From: Cycas panzhihuaensis
Taxonomy: Eukaryota; Plantae; Cycadophyta
Length of the DNA stretch: 64,000 bases
Assembly (NCBI GenBank): GCA_023213395.1
Contig: CM041465.1
Location: 75,523,741-75,587,740 of the forward strand
Reading direction: 5' to 3'
Both the position numbers and the translations under genes were made by a program. Every line of letters begins with the position of its first letter. Positions within the stretch are counted from its first letter, which is position 1. Of the stretch, positions 50,884-64,000 are shown in pieces. Below the pieces are notes generated by a model, which did no database searches, had not been told where the DNA came from, and saw only the letters and a program-made list of their open reading frames with translations.

Positions 50884-52564
50884 TCAAACCTCATTGAGTT
50901 ATGTTGAAAAACCTTTAAATTGTAACCAATGTTCCATGAAACGTAATCGATGGTCGTAGCCTTCCAATTTATCCTCTCTTTTAGAAATATGGCCATATTT
51001 CTTTTTGCAAGTCTGTTTTTATCTTCTAGTATAAAGTTTAGAGGATGAGATTCTTCTAGGTTCCCTGCCAGGGTAGTATTGTATTCAACTCATTAAGATT
51101 TCCCTTTATCTCATTTTTGCTTGGGGGGTTGACTAAGAGCGAATTTGGGGGAATTGATTCTCAGGGGGCTGAGGTATGGGATGGATTTCATCTTGGTTGT
51201 TTGTCCCAAGGCGAGGGGTAAGACATGGAATTTTAAATCCAGGTCGAGGGAAGATTGGCACATATCTCCCGGATCAACCTTGGGGATATAGGGGTTGGGA
51301 ATGGGGTAGGGGTGGGGAGTTGGGATAGGGAAGGAATGGAAGGTAGGATTTTTGGTACATGTATTTTCTATCTATCTCAAATTCTATTTTTACTTGGGAA
51401 ATTCATTACTTAAAGATTCATTATTCCAAATGGGACCCATATAATCTAATTTATTATTAATTAAGGAACATATGGATAACAAATTACAATGATATGAGGG
51501 GGGTTGCACTTTGTATGAATTATTCATCTACAATAGTTGATCATGTTTATCGCACCTCCTTCCATCCGATGGTGTCTCCGATGGTAACTCTCCATAGAAG
51601 TTTGGCTCGTGATTCTTAAAGATTGTTCATATTCACATTCTCCTCCATTGTGTGATATAAATTGACTTCATCAAAAGTTGAAGATGTTTATCATGTGGCT
51701 ATTGTTGTCTGTCGGATGCATTATCTTGGAACCACTTCCACCTACCCAGTTGTTGACTCAATATCCTGGCCCTCATTGAGATATTTACTTGTCAAGGTTT
51801 ACACCGTAGTCTACAGGTGTGCTTATGGTCAATGTGTAACACATTAATGTACTCATATCATGTCCTCGTAGGTCCCGCAATATTGATCACAAACACAATA
51901 TAGTATCTTGCATTCATCATTACATACATACACACATAAGTTCCTCGTAACTTCCTTAATTCCATTAAGCAATAATCAATGTTTACATAACTTTTCTATC
52001 ATATAACATCATCCTATTAATGCATATCTACTTGGCTTCTACGGTTACTCATACCGTGATTAGGGCCCGTGAGATCAACGAACTTAGCTCACACACCTTG
52101 AGAACATGACATAGGAATGAATAACTCCAACTCTCACACCGGTTTGGTTGATTGGACAGTTTTAAATAGGCGTGTGTCCTGTTAAGGAATGGTTGCGACT
52201 GAGTCGATTGTCCTTTTTACGTAATGCATGCCTCTTCATAACTAATCCTGAATTAAACCAATATGATGCTTAATCGATCCACACATGCATACATATGGTT
52301 TGATCCATGTAGCTCCTTCCTGCCTTGTTTGTTTTGCAATAATTCCCTGTGCGTTCCTTGATTGTGCTGCATGCGTTCTGTGCCTGTAGTGCATTCTTGT
52401 GACATAATGCATAGTGTTATGTCTTCTCTGCTCATTGTTTTCACGTCCGTACTTCATCCCAAATACTTACTGAACAATTCTCCTGCATTTATTAGCCATA
52501 TTAAACCACAATTGACCATACGTTCCTACCTTTGGGCACACAGGTGTTGATTTTGACTATAACA
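50884..52564 (-). mobile_element. Duplicate copy of the element E 5' part (LTR 51751-52564)
   Basis: Reverse complement of 38850-40484, with the same flank (ACACC at 52565-52569). Confidence 0.93.
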
Positions 52565-55500
52565 ACACCAATTGGCCCAACACTGTCCATTAGCTCCATA
52601 ACCATGTGTTCTCTTCAATTTGGCATCATTCTCTTCATAACGCCATGTGTTGCATGTCAAGTCTTACACACGCATAGTTGTACATAGAAACAGTCAAGCA
52701 AATATACATACATTTACAACATTGTACACAATATTCCACATAACTCAATAATTCATTAAACAATGGTTGTAGTACAATGCTTAAGCTATCTTTAGTACAA
52801 TTCCCAGGCTACCTTTATTTTGGGTATGCTTGACTAAATTGCCTCTCACCAAAAGTAGGTATGAAATGACCTATTTATGTCCTAGATTGGGTGCCCCGAT
52901 ACAAATGGCATAACCTTTTACTCACGTGTTTTGACTTTACATAATAAATGACATTATTACATAACATGGCCTTAACAAAATGTGATGTTTTGTTAATTCA
53001 TACATCCATATGGTCATGTAGTATGAATTCTATCGTAGTTGTGTAATTTTTTGTTAGTTGTTTGACTTGTGTCAATCATTCCTTTCTAATCGCTCCAACA
53101 TTCTTGTTTATCACTAATGTTCGTTGTTCTACTAGCCATTTTGACATTCTTTGAGATGAATCGCTTTGTTGCAACCTGCTCCTCGATGGTTGTTGTTGCA
53201 ATTGTTCCAGTCATTTCCTATGTAGATTTGTTTTTTGTTTTGCCATTTCACTTGTTTGAGCTATCCTCAAGTCGTTCCTATCTGCTCCAAGTGCCCAAAT
53301 GCCTAAATCTAGCACATACGTCTAGTCAGTTTGCAAAATGGTTGAGTATCCTTGCTAAACTCCCAAAATGTGTCCATGGTTGCCAAAATGTGAAAAAGTT
53401 TGTTTTTCTCTTTGGAGTTACTCTCCTCCTCGCTTTTTGGGTTGCTCTTATAGCTTAACAATTGTGCTTGCTTAGTTGCCAGTTCACCTTATAACTGTTG
53501 AACGTGTTGGCCCATTTCTTCATCACGTTTTGCATTTCCACTACTTTGGTACCTACTTCACCTTTTGATATTTGTGTTTTTTTTCTAATTTTTTAATTAT
53601 CTCATATGACCTTGTTATTTCTTCATAACCTTTCTACCGACTTAATTGACTATATTGACCTTGAAATTGATCCAATAAATTTTGCATCGATTAGAATTTA
53701 TTGCCCGTATTTCCCTTGCCTAAGATGTTCCTTCGCTGGTCTTGATGGATTGGTGCCTATTATGGAAAGGGTGTACATACCAATGCTTGTTTTAACCTAA
53801 TTGTTGAGACTTCTCTTCCTCCCAAAGATCATAGCCTTTTGCTTTCTTCTTGCTATCTACTTAGGCCTATGGTTATGTTGCATCCTTATGGAGCTAACTT
53901 ACTATCATTCTTATCACGCCAATAGATGCCTCTTGACTAACTTACTATCGTTCTTGTACTGCCAATAGATGCCTCTTGATATCATTTAGCATGCATTTAC
54001 GTGGAGATATCTAAATTCACTATTTCATTAATCACAAATTATCCATAATGTATGGTGGCTCCATTGAGGAACGATACACCCAATAATAGGGATGGGTGTT
54101 TGAATATTTGTTTTGGTCCTCAAAGCTATTACAACTATTGTTTACATATATGTGCCCAAAACTCACTCTAGATGAGTGCATTGCCCTGTTACACTTGTTG
54201 TAGTACTGGAAGCGTCCTCACATGGCAACACGTGAACTTTTTCTTCCCTATGAACCTCATCATGAATGTTTTACCTATCCAATGTAACATTCCATCCATT
54301 CGGTCTTCGGTTTTGATTCTCTTAGAATATAATTATGCCCATAGTCTACACAATGCCTAGGCAATAACTTCCAAATTTGCATCACTCCATTTGCGACACC
54401 ACAACATTTCTGTAGTTTTGGGTAACCTTGTTAACTTCCAAATAAGATTGGTAGGTATCTCGAATTTGTCCTTGTTTTGGGGCCCTAGCCTTATAATGGT
54501 TTGCATTGTTTCCTTATGCCAATACAATAGCAAGAGTTGTACATACTTGCTCCACCCTATTCTAATAATCACTGATTTAAATTTATCTAACATCTAATTG
54601 GATTTTCTCCTCAGCTTTGGTAGATATGTCTCCTTGACGTCAATTGGCATTTAACCCTAATTTCTACACTATTGGAATGGGAGGGCAAGAAAAATCCTAT
54701 GGAATGCTTTCAACAAAGTGTAGCACTTTAGTCTCTTACTTAAGAATGTTGTAATGAGTGGATACTGCTTAATCTCTATCGGAATATTGAAAAATGTTGT
54801 GGTAGGATGGAACACTATTCAATGCTTACTATATGCTTGTGGAACACTTGTTGTGGGATGCTTGTTGCTTCAACCATTTGTGAGGAACTATTTGAAAAAT
54901 TTGCTTTTCGCAAGGGCATCAATATTCTCTCTTGGATGCATGCAAATGTTGCAAAACTTTAAACCCTAGTGCTTGTGGTGTCTTCATTCCTTCTCTACTC
55001 AATTTTCTAGAAAAACAAATCAATTTTTGCTTCTATACTCAATTATTTATTTTCATTCATTGTAGTATTCTACGGGCTATTCCCCACTAGAGTGGTTTAG
55101 GAGTAGTCCCTTTATGTTCAATCTTTGAAATGGTCACTTTCATTCAAAATATTTTCTTCATTTCCCTTTTTTGGGGGGGAACAATGAGCAATTGCTTCAC
55201 CATTTGGAATAGTGACTTTGAATCTTGGAATGGTGGCTTGAAATTATTGGAATGGTGGCTAAGCACATTGGAACAATGACCTAAGTGATCTTCTTTAGCT
55301 CATTTGGCTTTATTATGTCATACTTTCCACCATCACTTGCTTAATCTATCGATTATTTATTTGATAAGAGTTATGGTCAATTTTTATGTTTTTAAAATTT
55401 TTAAATATTTTCTATTTATGCATCAAGAATTCTTGATACCAAGACAACTTTAGTTTTCCTTGACTTGAGCAACATGTTATAGTAAACCCGATAGTTGTTT

Positions 55501-55801
55501 GTGCCACAAATGGTTCCCTACCTTAATTGTTGTAGGATTTTAGTCTATTGCCTTTGACCATGTTGGGCAACAATTGCCCTCCTAGTTCCCTCAATTGTAT
55601 AGAGCCATTCTTATAAACTCCTTTAATCATGTAGGGCCATTTGCAATGCGTCCTTAACTCTCCTTGATGCATTCACAATTTACCATTTAATAGCTATATT
55701 AAGTCCCCAATTTTAAATTGTAGTGCCTTGACATGGTTTTTGTGCTATGCCTTCTTTTGTCTTTTTCTTGCTATGGTTTATTTTGTTGTTTCATTCTCGT
55801 T

Positions 55802-58041
55802 TTTTTTTGGTAAGGTTTAAATAAATGTGGGGATTTAAAAGGAGGCCCCAACCCCTTTACAAAATCTGCCCAGTTGGCCACTTAGATCTATCGTGACAAG
55901 CCCACGACCTAGCTTCAAATAACTAATCCTAAACAAACTACTAGACCAACCCTGCCACGACAAGCCCAGTGGCTAGCTAAACAAATCAAGACTGCCTATC
56001 TGCCACAACAAGCCCAATGGCTAGCTAAACAAATCAAGACTGCCTATTTGCCATGACAAGCCCAGTGGCTAGCTCAAGAGACCTACAAGACTTGGTACCC
56101 TCCAAATCTTTCCTAACCAGATCCATAATCTCTCAAGTATCAAATCCCTCCAAGCCTCATTTCTTTAAAATTGGATCCCCAGCTTAGCTAGACTATTCGC
56201 CACCCCATTTCCTTCCTTATGTATGCCTTACCGAACATTTGCTCTCCTATGGGAGACTCTCTCGCATCATTTATCATAGCTCAACCTCCAATCAATCGCT
56301 TCCTCTAATTAATTTTATCGCATTCAACAAATCCCCTTCCAAAATCACTTTATCATGCCCCTCCAAGGATATCATTTACATGGCTTTATACATCACTTCC
56401 AACTTAGCACAATGATTAGTTTGAGACCCATAATATTCAACAAAGGCCCAAATCGCCTTCCCTTCAGCATTTCTGTAGACCCCACCACCCCTTGCTTCAC
56501 CAGGGTTGCCTTTTGCCATACCATCAAAGTTAATTTTGATCCAACTCTCAGGAGGGGGATGCCATCTACTTTGCCTTTTTGGTTTCATGTTCATCTTGCA
56601 CCCCGATACCCCACTCCTCCAGGATCTTCCTTTCCTCAAAGGGTATAAAGTTTTCTTCCTCTTCCTTCAATGCCTCTTTTAGAGTTGTGAAAGTTAACCC
56701 AAAAAACTTAGATCCATCCATATGGTTCTCTTGAAAGATTCTCCTATTCCTCTTTTTCTAAAGAGTCCACATCAACATGTAATGATGTTATCCATGTAAA
56801 ACCTTAGAGTTCTCAGATCCGAAGGGACAGCCCATGAGGCGCCTAAATCCTTCATGGTACCAGGATACCTAATCTACTCCAAAGGTGTTCCACAACAACT
56901 TCCACACCTCCTTGGAGTAAGAGCAATGCCAGATATGATCAACTAACGACTCCTCTTTCCAAGACAAGATACATCTGCTCACCATGGAGAATCCTCTTTT
57001 CCTTGGATTATCCAAGGTTAACATTTTATTCTTAAGGCATAACCACCAAAAGATGGCGACCTTAGGATTAGGCCCATTTCAAACTCCCCTAACATCTTGT
57101 TTTCGTATTCCTTTTTGAGATCGAACAAATAGTCGATTTCACCCAATACTCCCCAAGGAGATAGAGGCCAAACTAGGGAGTTTGCCTTGGGGAACTGGGA
57201 TATAGCTTTGGCAAGTTCACACCTAAGGGCCTTAATTTGCTCTTCACCGCTCTTCTGGGGGATATCATCAAAGCGATCAATTCTTTGAATCCTTGCGATC
57301 ATCCAAAGAATCCTTGACTTTCCTACCATATAAATATTCATAAGTATCTTGGACGGACCCAATAACTGGTCTCTTCTTTATTTGGTGTTGTCTGTACCAA
57401 ACATCCCCCCAAAAGTTAATCACCTCCCATCCCTAGACACCATTGAACTCCCCGACGAAACATCTTTCTTGCGTAGGTTAGACTACTCAAGATCGTAGAG
57501 CCTAACTTGCCTGAGAGATCATCATTCAGAGATTGCTTATCCCTAAGGTATTTCTGGGCCACAATTTTACACCACAAGCTTTTTTTCTCCCTGAATAATC
57601 TCAAGCCCAGCTTAGCCACCAAGGCCCTATTAAAGCAAGCAATGTTTTTAACATTTAGGAGGCGACTTTCTCCTGTGCCACTAAGTGAATTCTGTCCTTA
57701 TCCTTTACCCCAAACCATATGAACCTTTTCTAGATAGATTCTAAAACATTTATAACTTTCACAGGGCATTTGAACAACGATATCATATAAGTTGGGATGC
57801 TCAAGAGAGGCCAGCCAAGACTGAAGTTTGCCAGCTTGGCTGAGAAGAACCCCCTTCCAGCCAGCTAGCTTCCTTTGCACCCTATCAATAATCATGTTCC
57901 ACAAATCCTTCTCCATTCTGCCCACAAAGAGCGAAATACCGAGGAAAAGAGTGGGGAGCTTCATGATGGCATTTCAAGAATCTTGCTTATAGCTCTTTGG
58001 GTTTTCTCCATGGTGTTCAGGAAAAATATGTTGCTCTTATT
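55802..58041 (-). mobile_element. Duplicate copy of the LINE 3' half (zf-RVT, RNase H, tail)
   Basis: Reverse complement of 33328-35606, including poly(T) and the target-site sequence. Confidence 0.93.
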
Positions 58042-61000
58042 TGTTAAAACATTCATGTACTAAGCATTAAGTCTTGACCATGGACATTAGTATTTTTGTC
58101 ACTTTAGGCCTTTATGCTAAAGTGATCATTTATTTGATTATAAAATTGTCTTTTGTCTTTTGTGGCCTTTTCACATGTACTTAGTGGAAAGTCAACTTTG
58201 GATGGCTCCATTTATCACCATTCTTATCTTTGAGAAAAGTAGAGTTCTAATCATACTTGTTTTGTATTCTTGATCAATGACATGTATCTAGATCTTGATC
58301 ATTGAATCTCCTTTATAAGGAGTCTTACTTTCCTTATTTTGTATCATCAAGGTATTATAGTCAGTGTTATGCTACTGTAGCTTCTCTTGTAGGAAGAGGT
58401 GTAGATCAATTCTTCTCCCTACTTTGTTTGCATAATAGGTTGAGTGGTAGAGGAATCTCCTCCCTATTATCTTGATGTTATGTACTCTTCATTTCCATTA
58501 ATCTAAAGCTTTGTCCTTCATGTTATGATGTTCTATCCTGTTCCCTCAACAGATCCTAACACCTGTGTCATTTCATTGTTTTCAATTTGATATTAGAGTA
58601 TGGCTTCTTAAGCAGCGGATTCAAGACGTTGTTGCACTCCAAGCTTGGTGACGACCTTCACCATATGAAGGCAATTCAACTGGAGCAAGAATCAATTTCT
58701 TGTCAAGTTTTGTTATTGACTAACTTTTGCACTTTAAGCTTGCAAAATTTTTAAAGAATTTTATGCAAATTGTTTTGCATACTTATGTTTTGGAGCCTAA
58801 TTGGTAAGCAAGAAAAATGGATTTTTTGTTATTAAGATTTGCAGATGATTGGGAACAAATTTTCATTAGTTCTTTACAAGATTGTTGTGTTGGAATCTTT
58901 GCAACTTTAGCAAAGTTTAGTGTATAAACAACTCTTATTGAGGAGATATTTGTTGCTTTATGAAGATCTTGAGCCTCATTCATGTGTATGAAGGTGTTAT
59001 GTATGTAATTCTTGAAATTACTAATTATTTCAAGATTTTTTATAATTTTGCATTTTGTTGCTTAAAAAAAAAAGGAGAGTACAAAGGAGAAAAAATGGCT
59101 GTCTAAAATTTTCCTCATTGTTATTGTTGAGGATTAAAAATTTTACAAAAGTTTTTTATTTGAAATTATGTTCATTAATAAGGTGTTGTCTTAAATTTCT
59201 TTTTGTGGAGCCTCTATTTATGTTAAACAGTCTTCTTGAAGCCAAAATATGGTAGGCTTACTTCCACTTTGATTAAAAAAAGAGGAAAAGGAGGTTATCC
59301 AAGTGACTCTCCTTTGCTTTTCATCAGAAGACCGAAAAAAGGAAATAGAAAAATCTATGTAGCCTCCTCTCATTAAACTTGTAAGAACATTCGTCACAAG
59401 ATTCTCTTACCTCCATTTGATTATCTGAAGGAGTTGTTGCACCCGATGCTATAAACAATGTTTCTCAGACATAGAAAAAAGGAATGTATGCCTGCACATG
59501 AAGGGCTGCAGAAAGGTTAATGATGCCATTTGCTGCAGATACAAGTACTGTGATAGCTATTGATACAGAGAGTGCCTGAAAAAACTGCCATTTTAATAAT
59601 TCAAAAGCTGCTAAAGAGGACAATTCTCCTTATTGTCATTCTCCAAGGCAATAAGCTTACTCCTAGGTTTCTGTTGTTGGTTTGAAAGCTTGGAATCTAT
59701 TTCCTTGCTCCAACGTAAAGGCCACACGTGGCTCTCTCTGTAGCTTCTACTTACGTGGCTAGTCTTGCGTGGCACCTATGTGACCCCTGTGTGGACTAAA
59801 TTTGTGGTGCTCTCTGCTACTGTGCGGCCAAATATTATTCCAGGTTGTGTGTTTGTGCGACACCCAACTGGTTATCTCCGTCCGTGCTCCTCTACGCGTG
59901 ACCTACGTGGCTCCCGTCTACAGGCACACCTCCGATGATGACATCTCATGTGGCTTATCTTCAGCGGCTCCCACACTCAAGAACCTCCGGCCTGGCCGTC
60001 CACGTGGCTCACGATCGTTGTACTCTTAGATCCGGCTCTCGGTGGTGTAACCTGCATCTTTGTGTAACACATTTATGTTCAGCTCCCTCAGGCTCTCGCA
60101 CTGTTGTTACGTGGCGCCATGCGGCTTCTCCGTGGTTCTGCGACCGCAAATCAACTGGTGCTCGAGATTCACTCACGCTTACATAGTGGTTTCTCGTTCG
60201 CCGCCCACATGGTTAAATTCGAAGAAATTTTGATCCTCTTACATAGTTTTAAACTTTGGTAAATGAAAATTGGAATATACCATAGCATATTCACCTTTTA
60301 ATTTTTCCTTTGAACTTTATAATTTTTATTTTAATCTCTATTTCATTTTGTAAAAAGCCTCATTTATCACTTGTTTTAGTGTGTAAATCACACTAACATA
60401 TAAAAAAATTTGTAAGTGCATTTCAAGTTAAAATCACTATCTTTAAGTGATTTTTATGACTTTTTTGTAAGAATTTTCTTGTTTTTAATGACGCGAAGCT
60501 CCTTGCAAGGTGACTTAGATCATTAAATTTGGGCTCAAAGTGTTCTAAATTTCATCTTTTTAAGAATTTCACAAAGTGTGTTAATCACACTATCTTGTAT
60601 ATCTTTTGCAAGTGTATTTTGGTGATTTAATCACCATTATTTGGCTTGTTTTAAGCCTAAAATTATACCATTTAAGACACTTTTGCTCACCTGGCCCCTC
60701 GCAAGGTGACCAATTTCAAAGTGAGACTCAACTTCAAACACAAAAAAGGAATAACGATCAATAAAGACTTCAATTTTCTGGTGTGTAGAAATCATTTTTC
60801 GATCCCAGGTGTTCGTGGTGGATGACTTGTTTCATTATTTGCTTGTTTTATGCATTAAAATTTGTTGTTTATAGCTGTTGAATATATCACTTTGAGATTA
60901 AATTTTGTACTTAGTTGCATAAATTGTTATTCAATGCAACTACATTGTAATTTTGAAGTTCTTTGTGAAGTTTGCAACAATGTAAAAATCTACAATCATT

Positions 61001-64000
61001 CATTTCAACATAAATTTAACCCACTTTTAATTATTAAAAATATTAAGTGGGGAGGCTCGAAAAAAGTTCTTACTCTGCCTCAAGTACCCATAACTTGGCT
61101 AACGTTGATCTTGTCATCAGGTTGGACAACTCGCGAGCTAAGCCCTCCCTTCCGTCCACAATTTTGAGTTTTGTACTGATCATCATTGGATATTGAGTAG
61201 AACTTAAGCGGCGTAAACTCAAGAGTCTCCATGTTTCATCAGGTACATTAATCAAGATGGCGACATAGATGCTTAATGCAAATACAATCAAGTTAACAGG
61301 TGCTGAGAATTGCCTTACATGAAATAAGCAAGTTAAGAATTTGTTGATTATGAATGAGTTCTGGAGTTATGTTTTTGGCGTAATCGCCAAACCCGAACTA
61401 ACTCTAGATCCAACAAATCCATGAAATTTGTTACCTGCTGATCTAGTTGCATTAGCTTCTTTTAAAGCAAAGGATGAAGTCGCACTTGCTTTTATTCATC
61501 TGTCTGTTAGTGATAATATCGATCAAAATATTGAATCTGCATTGACATCTAAAGATGCTTGTGATATAATTGTTTCTCTGTATGAACGTCGAGATGATGC
61601 AAGAATTGTTTTGTAGAAAGCTAAATTGTTTAGTTTGAAGTATGTTGCTCCAATGACAGTTTATTTGTCATCAGTTAAAGTTATCTCGTAATAGTTGATG
61701 TACTCTTGGTAAACCGGTCTCAAATGAAGATTTAGTTATAACGACAATTCATGCTCTTCCTAAAGAGTATAACTGCTTCATCTCAGATATTTCATGAAAT
61801 GACACACTATCCATTCTAACTTTCAATGAGTTAGAACGACTGTTGCTACAGGAAAAATAAATCTACTTGCGGCAATATGAGACAAGCACATCAAGTGTTT
61901 TTTAAGCCAAGTTTAAATTGAAGCAGCTATTTCAACCCAAGTAAAATTTTCAAATGAAATTTGACAGTCTTAATGTGAAGTCAAAGATCATTATTTGTTA
62001 TTACTGTGGCAAAGTTTGCCACATTTATCCTGAATGCAGGAAACAACATAGTGATTTGCGACAACCACAACAACAAGATAATCAACATCAACAGAATCAA
62101 TGGCAGCAATAGTTTCAAGGACCAACTCGAGGTACATTCCGAGGTGGTCGTCCTGGTCGTCAAAGAAGGACAACACAGAGTGGCTTTCAAGGCCACACAA
62201 CTCAACATGATCTAAGTGATATAACTTTTTTTTTGCACACAGTGGCAGTCACAATGATAACACATGGATCATTGACTCTTGTGCATCACGCCACATGACA
62301 GACGATGCAGAAATATTATCAAATTTTAGAGAACGCAAGGAGAAACAATGACATTTGGGGATAATGCCATTGTTGAAATATCAGGTGTAGGTCAAATTGC
62401 ATCTTCTGATCAACATTCTACATTTCCTAGCGACAATGTTTTCTTAGTTCTTGGAATGCACAAGAATTTACTCTTTGTTAGTCAGCTTGACAAATAACAT
62501 ATGGGTATGTTGTTTAAAGATAGGAAATGTATAATTAGGAACACAGAGGACTAGATAATTGCAATCGGTCATGAAGATCGTGGCCTCTACAAATTATATG
62601 CGATATCTGGATCATCTCATGTGTTTGTCTCCCATTCTATAAATAAGACACAGTTATAGCATAAATGACTTGGACATCTTAATTTGGATAGCATAAGACA
62701 AATGTTCAGGTAGAATATGGTTTATGACTTTTACCCAAAATCTTAGGGGGTAATTGCCTTTGCGAATCATGCCTTATGGAGAAGTAACATCGTGAACCTT
62801 TTCAGAAAGGTAAGGCCTAGAGAGCACAACAATTGTTGCAACTTATTCATTATGACATTTTTGGTCCCATGACCACTCAGTTTTATGGAGGATCGTCATT
62901 CTTCATGACTTTGATTGATGATTACTCACATAAGGTGTGGGTTTATTTTCTTAAGCACAAGTCAGAAGCATTGAACAAGTTTAAGCAATTTAAACTTGTT
63001 GTAGAAAATGAAATAGACATGCAAATCAAGATACTCAGATCTGATAATGGTAGTGAGTATACATCCAAGGACTTCAATCAATTTTGTGTTCAGAATGACA
63101 TAAAACACCAATTTTCTGCCCCATATACACTGCAACAAAATGGTGTGGTAGAATGTATGAATAGAACCTTGGTCAATAGAGCAAAAGTTATGATGCATGC
63201 GAAAGGTCTCTCTTTGGCATATTGGGCAGAAGCACTTATCACTACCGCGTATTTGTTAAACCGTAGCTCTACTTCAACACTTTTGAGCATGACACCCGAG
63301 GAGGCCTGGATCGGCGAAACCAACGGTCAGTCACTTACGTACATTTGGATGCATGACCTATATGAATGTTCCCCAAGAGCAAAGATGAAAATTTGATGAC
63401 AAAAGTCTTAAATGCATCTTTGTAAGATATGCTCCTGGCAGCAAAGCATATCGTTTGTTTGATCCAATTAGTAAAAAGATGCACATTTCATGAGACGTCA
63501 TCTTTGCAGAAGACAATCGGGAGATCGAGTTCAGTCCCCTTCCTCTCTTGCTTGACAAAGGCAAAGCAATTGTTGAGGAATCTGTTCCCTTAACTTCTTC
63601 AATACCTTGTCCTTCATCAACACCTGTTGCTTCTTCTTCCTCTTCATCTTCCTTAGTTCCTTCACTGAGTCCTTCTTCTTCAGAGGTTCAACAATCACCT
63701 CCATCACATGACCATAAAGTAACATCGATGAAGAAGTTGCTTAATTGGTATATGCAGATTATTGCAGATTCGCAGATTGTTGAAGACAAGCATCCATCCA
63801 AAATATGGCAACCAACCACTATAAACTATGCACTTATGGCTAAAATGCTTCGTATTTATGAGCCTTCCACTTTTAAGGAGGCTCGTATAGATGATAAGTG
63901 GTAGGTTGGTGCCATGGATGATGTAATGGCCTTAGTTGCACAATGCAAGTGGCCATCGTCCCAAATGAATGTCCACAACGTCATTAGTGATTCAACTAAG
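58042..64000 (+). mobile_element. Duplicate copy of copia D (LTR 58042-58584, leader, gag, PR, IN)
   Basis: Reverse complement of 27316-33327; integrase ORF 62833-63396. Confidence 0.93.
59353..59656 (-). pseudogene. PA200: Duplicate copy of the captured PA200/PSME4 fragment
   Basis: Reverse complement of 31705-32010. Confidence 0.82.

Larger units (their letters stand above)
50884..64000 (-). repeat. Inverted duplicate of 27316-40484 (13.1 kb, runs off the window end)
   Basis: The reverse complement is collinear throughout; mirrored ORF pairs include 36818+/54357-, 37051-/54172+, 27412-/63548+. Confidence 0.98.

Noticed and set aside
50313-50996. Long ORFs spanning poly-X
   Set aside because: Artefacts of translating the N gap.
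27316-64000. Giant terminal-inverted-repeat (Mutator/foldback) transposon carrying the bZIP
   Set aside because: The arms consist of ordinary nested retroelements, one arm starts at an assembly gap, and no transposase or TSD is visible.

Overview
This is plant nuclear DNA (vascular plant; gymnosperm-like by inference only). It is dominated by nested, decayed retroelements around one host gene. Left to right: (1) copia A (1-4210) inserted into the RNase H of copia B (4211-5224); (2) several degenerate LTR remnants (5.2-11.7 kb); (3) a complete minus-strand copia C (11742-19522, TSD CTTAT); (4) an old gypsy (~19950-38770). The old gypsy hosts a tRNA-Glu-like SINE (22127-22375) and a full-length L1 LINE (22521-35606, 15-bp TSD). 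The LINE is interrupted by copia D (26632-33327), which lacks most of RT/RNase H and carries an antisense, apparently intronless fragment of the host proteasome activator PA200/PSME4 gene in its leader. (5) A non-autonomous gypsy-like element E (38850-44072) has tandem gag domains and no recognisable PBS or PPT. (6) An F-group bZIP zinc-sensor gene (bZIP19/23-like, 47443-48401, minus) has four small deletions in simple repeats that may be assembly errors. After a 500-N gap (50384-50883), the rest of the window (50884-64000) is an inverted copy of 27316-40484. All protein identifications are from recalled motifs and all divergences are by-eye estimates; no searches were run.
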